DNA from: Calcarisporiella thermophila CBS 279.70
Lineage: Eukaryota > Fungi > Calcarisporiellomycota
Direction: 5' to 3'
Length of the DNA: 64,000 bases
NCBI RefSeq assembly: GCF_041956535.1
Contig: NW_027192193.1
Location: 276,437-340,436, forward strand
The position numbers and the translations under genes are program-made. Under the pieces are notes generated by a model. That model made no database searches. It was not told the origin of the DNA and worked only from the letters and a program-made list of their open reading frames with translations. Within the stretch, counting starts at the first letter, position 1. Each line of letters opens with the position of its first letter. This document shows positions 63,401-64,000 of the stretch, in pieces.

Positions 63401-64000
63401 GCCATTGCTGTTTCTTTTTTTAACTCATGAGCCCTCTTTTTCCGTCTTTATTTTTTGGTTGGTTTTCCTCTACATTCCATTTTATTTCACCCTTTAGTGT
63501 TTTTAAGGTGGTGAATTCTCTTTTTTTTTATATAGTTTATATTGCTTATATGGAAATAATGTTACAAAAAGAAAAAAAGAACACAAGCAGAGAGGAATAT
63601 GACAAGTCATGATACATCTTCTGGACGCCTCTGTGTTAAATGCCAAAAGAGTTGGAGGGACAGAGAGGTGGATCGAAAATATAAAGGAAAAACAAAGCAA
63701 TCGAATGATATGCAAACTCAGCCAAAATGGTCTCGACTCAAGCGCCGACTTGGTACAAACACAAACACAAGGATTGTCACTGCAGTGGCAAACAAGGTGA
63801 CAGCTGTGACAAAAATTGCTCGGCGAAAATGAAATTTTAGAACACTCTTCTCATTAATCCTATGAAAGTTGCATCCTCCCGTCTCACTATCAAATTAAAA
63901 TAAAAGCTGCGAGTTAATCTCCCGTTCTCAACCACATTTTGCAATCAATAAGTCATCGGGATACTTTACAATGATCTGAAAAAAGTAAGTAGAGGGAAAA

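Noticed and set aside
1-64000. CRISPR arrays, rRNA genes, prokaryotic operons
   Set aside because: None seen; the window is spliceosomal-intron-rich eukaryotic DNA.

Overview
Gene-dense, intron-rich eukaryotic DNA. Short GT-AG introns, a chitin deacetylase, Rho1, Fic1/Inn1 and an eEF1A carrying the 'VEAYTDY' motif point to a fungus, probably an early-diverging ('zygomycete'-type) one; this is inference. Most of the window is housekeeping genes: tRNA-Trp, SEN1, an acyl-CoA dehydrogenase, an MFS transporter, a fasciclin, TOM5, ATP12, OST1, a C2-domain ingression protein, SERF, AP-2 beta, a GS-I-like ligase, RHO1, UFD2 and SCS2/VAP. TOM5 and SERF are absent from the ORF track and were assembled by hand from exons. 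An 857-N assembly gap lies at 20321-21177. The accessory part is an AT-rich interval of about 34-45 kb. It holds an intron-containing NRPS (T-E-C-A-T-T plus a C-terminal FSH1/LovG-like serine hydrolase) that is 5'-truncated and has one in-frame TGA, followed by a decayed Ty3/gypsy gag-protease relic. About 5 kb past the NRPS is an intact but unusually divergent eEF1A. The NRPS with its fused hydrolase and the divergent eEF1A (possible self-resistance copy or EFL-associated remodelled copy) are the best candidates for new biology. An orphan 6-Cys secreted peptide is also notable. Exon boundaries were inferred by eye and no database searches were run.
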